Assembly (NCBI RefSeq): GCF_009931435.1
Contig: NZ_CP043414.1
Source: Escherichia coli
GTDB lineage: Bacteria; Pseudomonadota; Gammaproteobacteria; Enterobacterales; Enterobacteriaceae
Length of the DNA: 64,000 nt
Strand: one strand, 5' to 3'
Shown here: positions 63,887 through 64,000 of the stretch, piece after piece
How the letters are laid out: the number at the start of each line of letters is the position of its first letter
Position numbering within the stretch: position 1 is the first letter of the stretch
Made by a program: the position numbers and the translations under genes
Notes under the pieces: generated by a model
Told to the model about the DNA's origin: nothing
Database searches by the model: none
Seen by the model: the letters and a program-made list of their open reading frames with translations, nothing else

Positions 63887-64000
63887 AGTTCTAAAAGCAG
63901 TTTTCAATGATAAATAAATGGCGATTTTTACAAAGAGATAATAACGTAGATTGAAATAATATGTATTATTGATTGAGTAAACGGGATTATTCTTCACACT

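Overview
This window reads as an Escherichia coli-type chromosomal segment, inverted relative to K-12 map order. Gene identities come from recognising the translated proteins and the gene order; no database search or computation was possible, so every homology call is recall-based. ORF ends are taken from the supplied track; several starts were moved to the internal Met that matches the N-terminus I remember for the K-12 protein. Coordinates of features not in the track (tRNAs, MicA, operators, hairpins) were counted by eye and may be off by 1-2 nt.

Backbone order: ascB-ascF / ascG - hydN-hypF - norW-norV / norR - gutQ-srlR-gutM-srlD-srlB-srlE-srlA - mltB - pncC-recA-recX-alaS-csrA - serV-argV-argY-argZ-argQ tRNA operon - yqaB-yqaA-gshA - MicA sRNA - luxS - emrB-emrA-mprA - ygaH-ygaZ-ygaY - proX-proW-proV - nrdF-nrdE-nrdI-nrdH - ygaM - ygaC - alaE - stpA - ygaP-ygaV - yqaE - kbp - csiR-gabP-gabT-gabD-lhgO-csiD - ygaQ - ileY tRNA.

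Content that I do not recall at these positions in K-12:
- The strongest candidate for a novel system is a translationally coupled two-gene operon between luxS and emrB (29249-31065, minus strand): an Rnl2-like RNA ligase followed by an HD-phosphoesterase/P-loop kinase fusion. Together they would form an RNA end-healing and sealing module.
- A HigB/HigA-like toxin-antitoxin pair at the left edge, with the toxin truncated by the window.
- A 79-aa membrane-protein ORF in an enlarged mltB-pncC spacer.
- An AhpD-like gene divergent from a MocR-type regulator, between nrdH and ygaM.
- An AT-rich 484-aa ORF downstream of tRNA-Ile(CAU), with a pentapeptide-repeat-like block and an acidic tail.
- ygaY and ygaQ appear intact here.

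No CRISPR array, IS element or transposase was recognised.
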